A stretch of DNA of 17,358 nt from NCBI GenBank assembly GCA_031366795.1, contig JANLOX010000030.1:1-17358 (forward strand). Reading direction: 5' to 3'. Both the position numbers and the translations under genes were made by a program. The notes below the pieces were generated by a model that was given only the letters and a program-made list of their open reading frames with translations, had not been told where the DNA came from and searched no databases. Positions 16,879 to 17,358 of this stretch are shown here, piece after piece; within the stretch, counting starts at the first letter, position 1; every line of letters starts with the position of its first letter. Source of the stretch: Candidatus Eiseniibacteriota bacterium. GTDB taxonomy: Bacteria; Eisenbacteria; RBG-16-71-46.

Positions 16879-16908
16879 TTGGCGTGCCCCCAACCGCACG
16901 GCTATGAT
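16879..16908 (+). promoter_or_regulatory. Putative promoter for the B12-binding subunit
   Basis: TTGGCG (16879-16884) - 18 bp - TATGAT (16903-16908) in the 123-bp gap. GAGGA RBS at 16961-16965. Confidence 0.45.
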
Positions 16909-16971
16909 CCGCACGCGGTTCGCCGTGCTGTTCGCCTTGAGTGATCTGCTCATTCTTCAAGAGGAACTCCG

Positions 16972-17358
16972 ATGCAACGCAAGATCCGTGTGCTGGTGGG
17001 TAAGCCCGGTCTCGATGGGCACGATCGTGGCGCCAAGGTCGTGGCGGCGGCGCTGCGCGATGCCGGCATGGAAGTGATCTACACGGGCCTGCACCAGACC
17101 TCCGAGCAGATCGTCGAGGCGGCGATCCAGGAAGATGTCGATGTGGTGGCGCTGTCGATTCTCTCGGGCGCGCACATGACGCAGTTCCCCGAGGTGCACG
17201 AATTGCTGCGCGCGCGCGGCGTGGGCGACAAGCTGCTGACGGGTGGCGGCATCATCCCCGCCGACGACATGAAGGCGCTCGCGGATCAAGGCGTCGGCCG
17301 CCTGTTCGGCCCCGGCGCCTCAACGCGCGACATCGTGCACTACATCCGCGAATGGTTC
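16972..17358 (+). CDS. Cobalamin-binding small subunit of acyl-CoA mutase (3' end beyond the window)
   Basis: My translation: [43 protein letters not shown]...LSILSGAH...GGGIIP...LFGPG...IREWF. It contains the DxHxxG, SxL and GG B12-binding motifs. Absent from the ORF track because there is no stop in the window. Confidence 0.95.
   Translation, partial: MQRKIRVLVGKPGLDGHDRGAKVVAAALRDAGMEVIYTGLHQTSEQIVEAAIQEDVDVVALSILSGAHMTQFPEVHELLRARGVGDKLLTGGGIIPADDMKALADQGVGRLFGPGASTRDIVHYIREWF

Overview
GC-rich bacterial chromosomal window, mostly housekeeping, with 18 supportable CDSs and no rRNA, tRNA, CRISPR array or mobile element. In order: (1) a hairpin-rich non-coding 5' region, then three surface-polysaccharide genes (UDP-glucuronate decarboxylase-like SDR, GT-B glycosyltransferase, WbaP-like priming phosphoglycosyl transferase). 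(2) A rearranged khpA-rimM-trmD...rplS-rnhB-yraN cluster. rpsP is absent from its usual place, KhpA has a long N-terminal extension, and a translationally coupled LOG-family/RNB-ribonuclease pair sits on the opposite strand between trmD and rplS. The two halves have look-alike promoters. (3) A tightly coupled run of an MGDG-synthase/UgtP-like glycosyltransferase, a secreted M23-like protein that appears to have lost its catalytic core by in-frame deletion, a MOSC (YiiM-like) protein and meaB. (4) A split B12-dependent acyl-CoA mutase whose large subunit has isobutyryl-CoA mutase (Phe/Gln) rather than methylmalonyl-CoA mutase (Tyr/Arg) specificity residues, then an acidic membrane-anchored hypothetical protein and the B12-binding small subunit, which runs off the window end. 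I cannot demonstrate a new system from sequence alone. The best leads are the LOG+RNB module, the deleted M23 protein, the ICM-type mutase locus and the shared promoter motif. All assignments come from motif recognition by eye; no searches were run.
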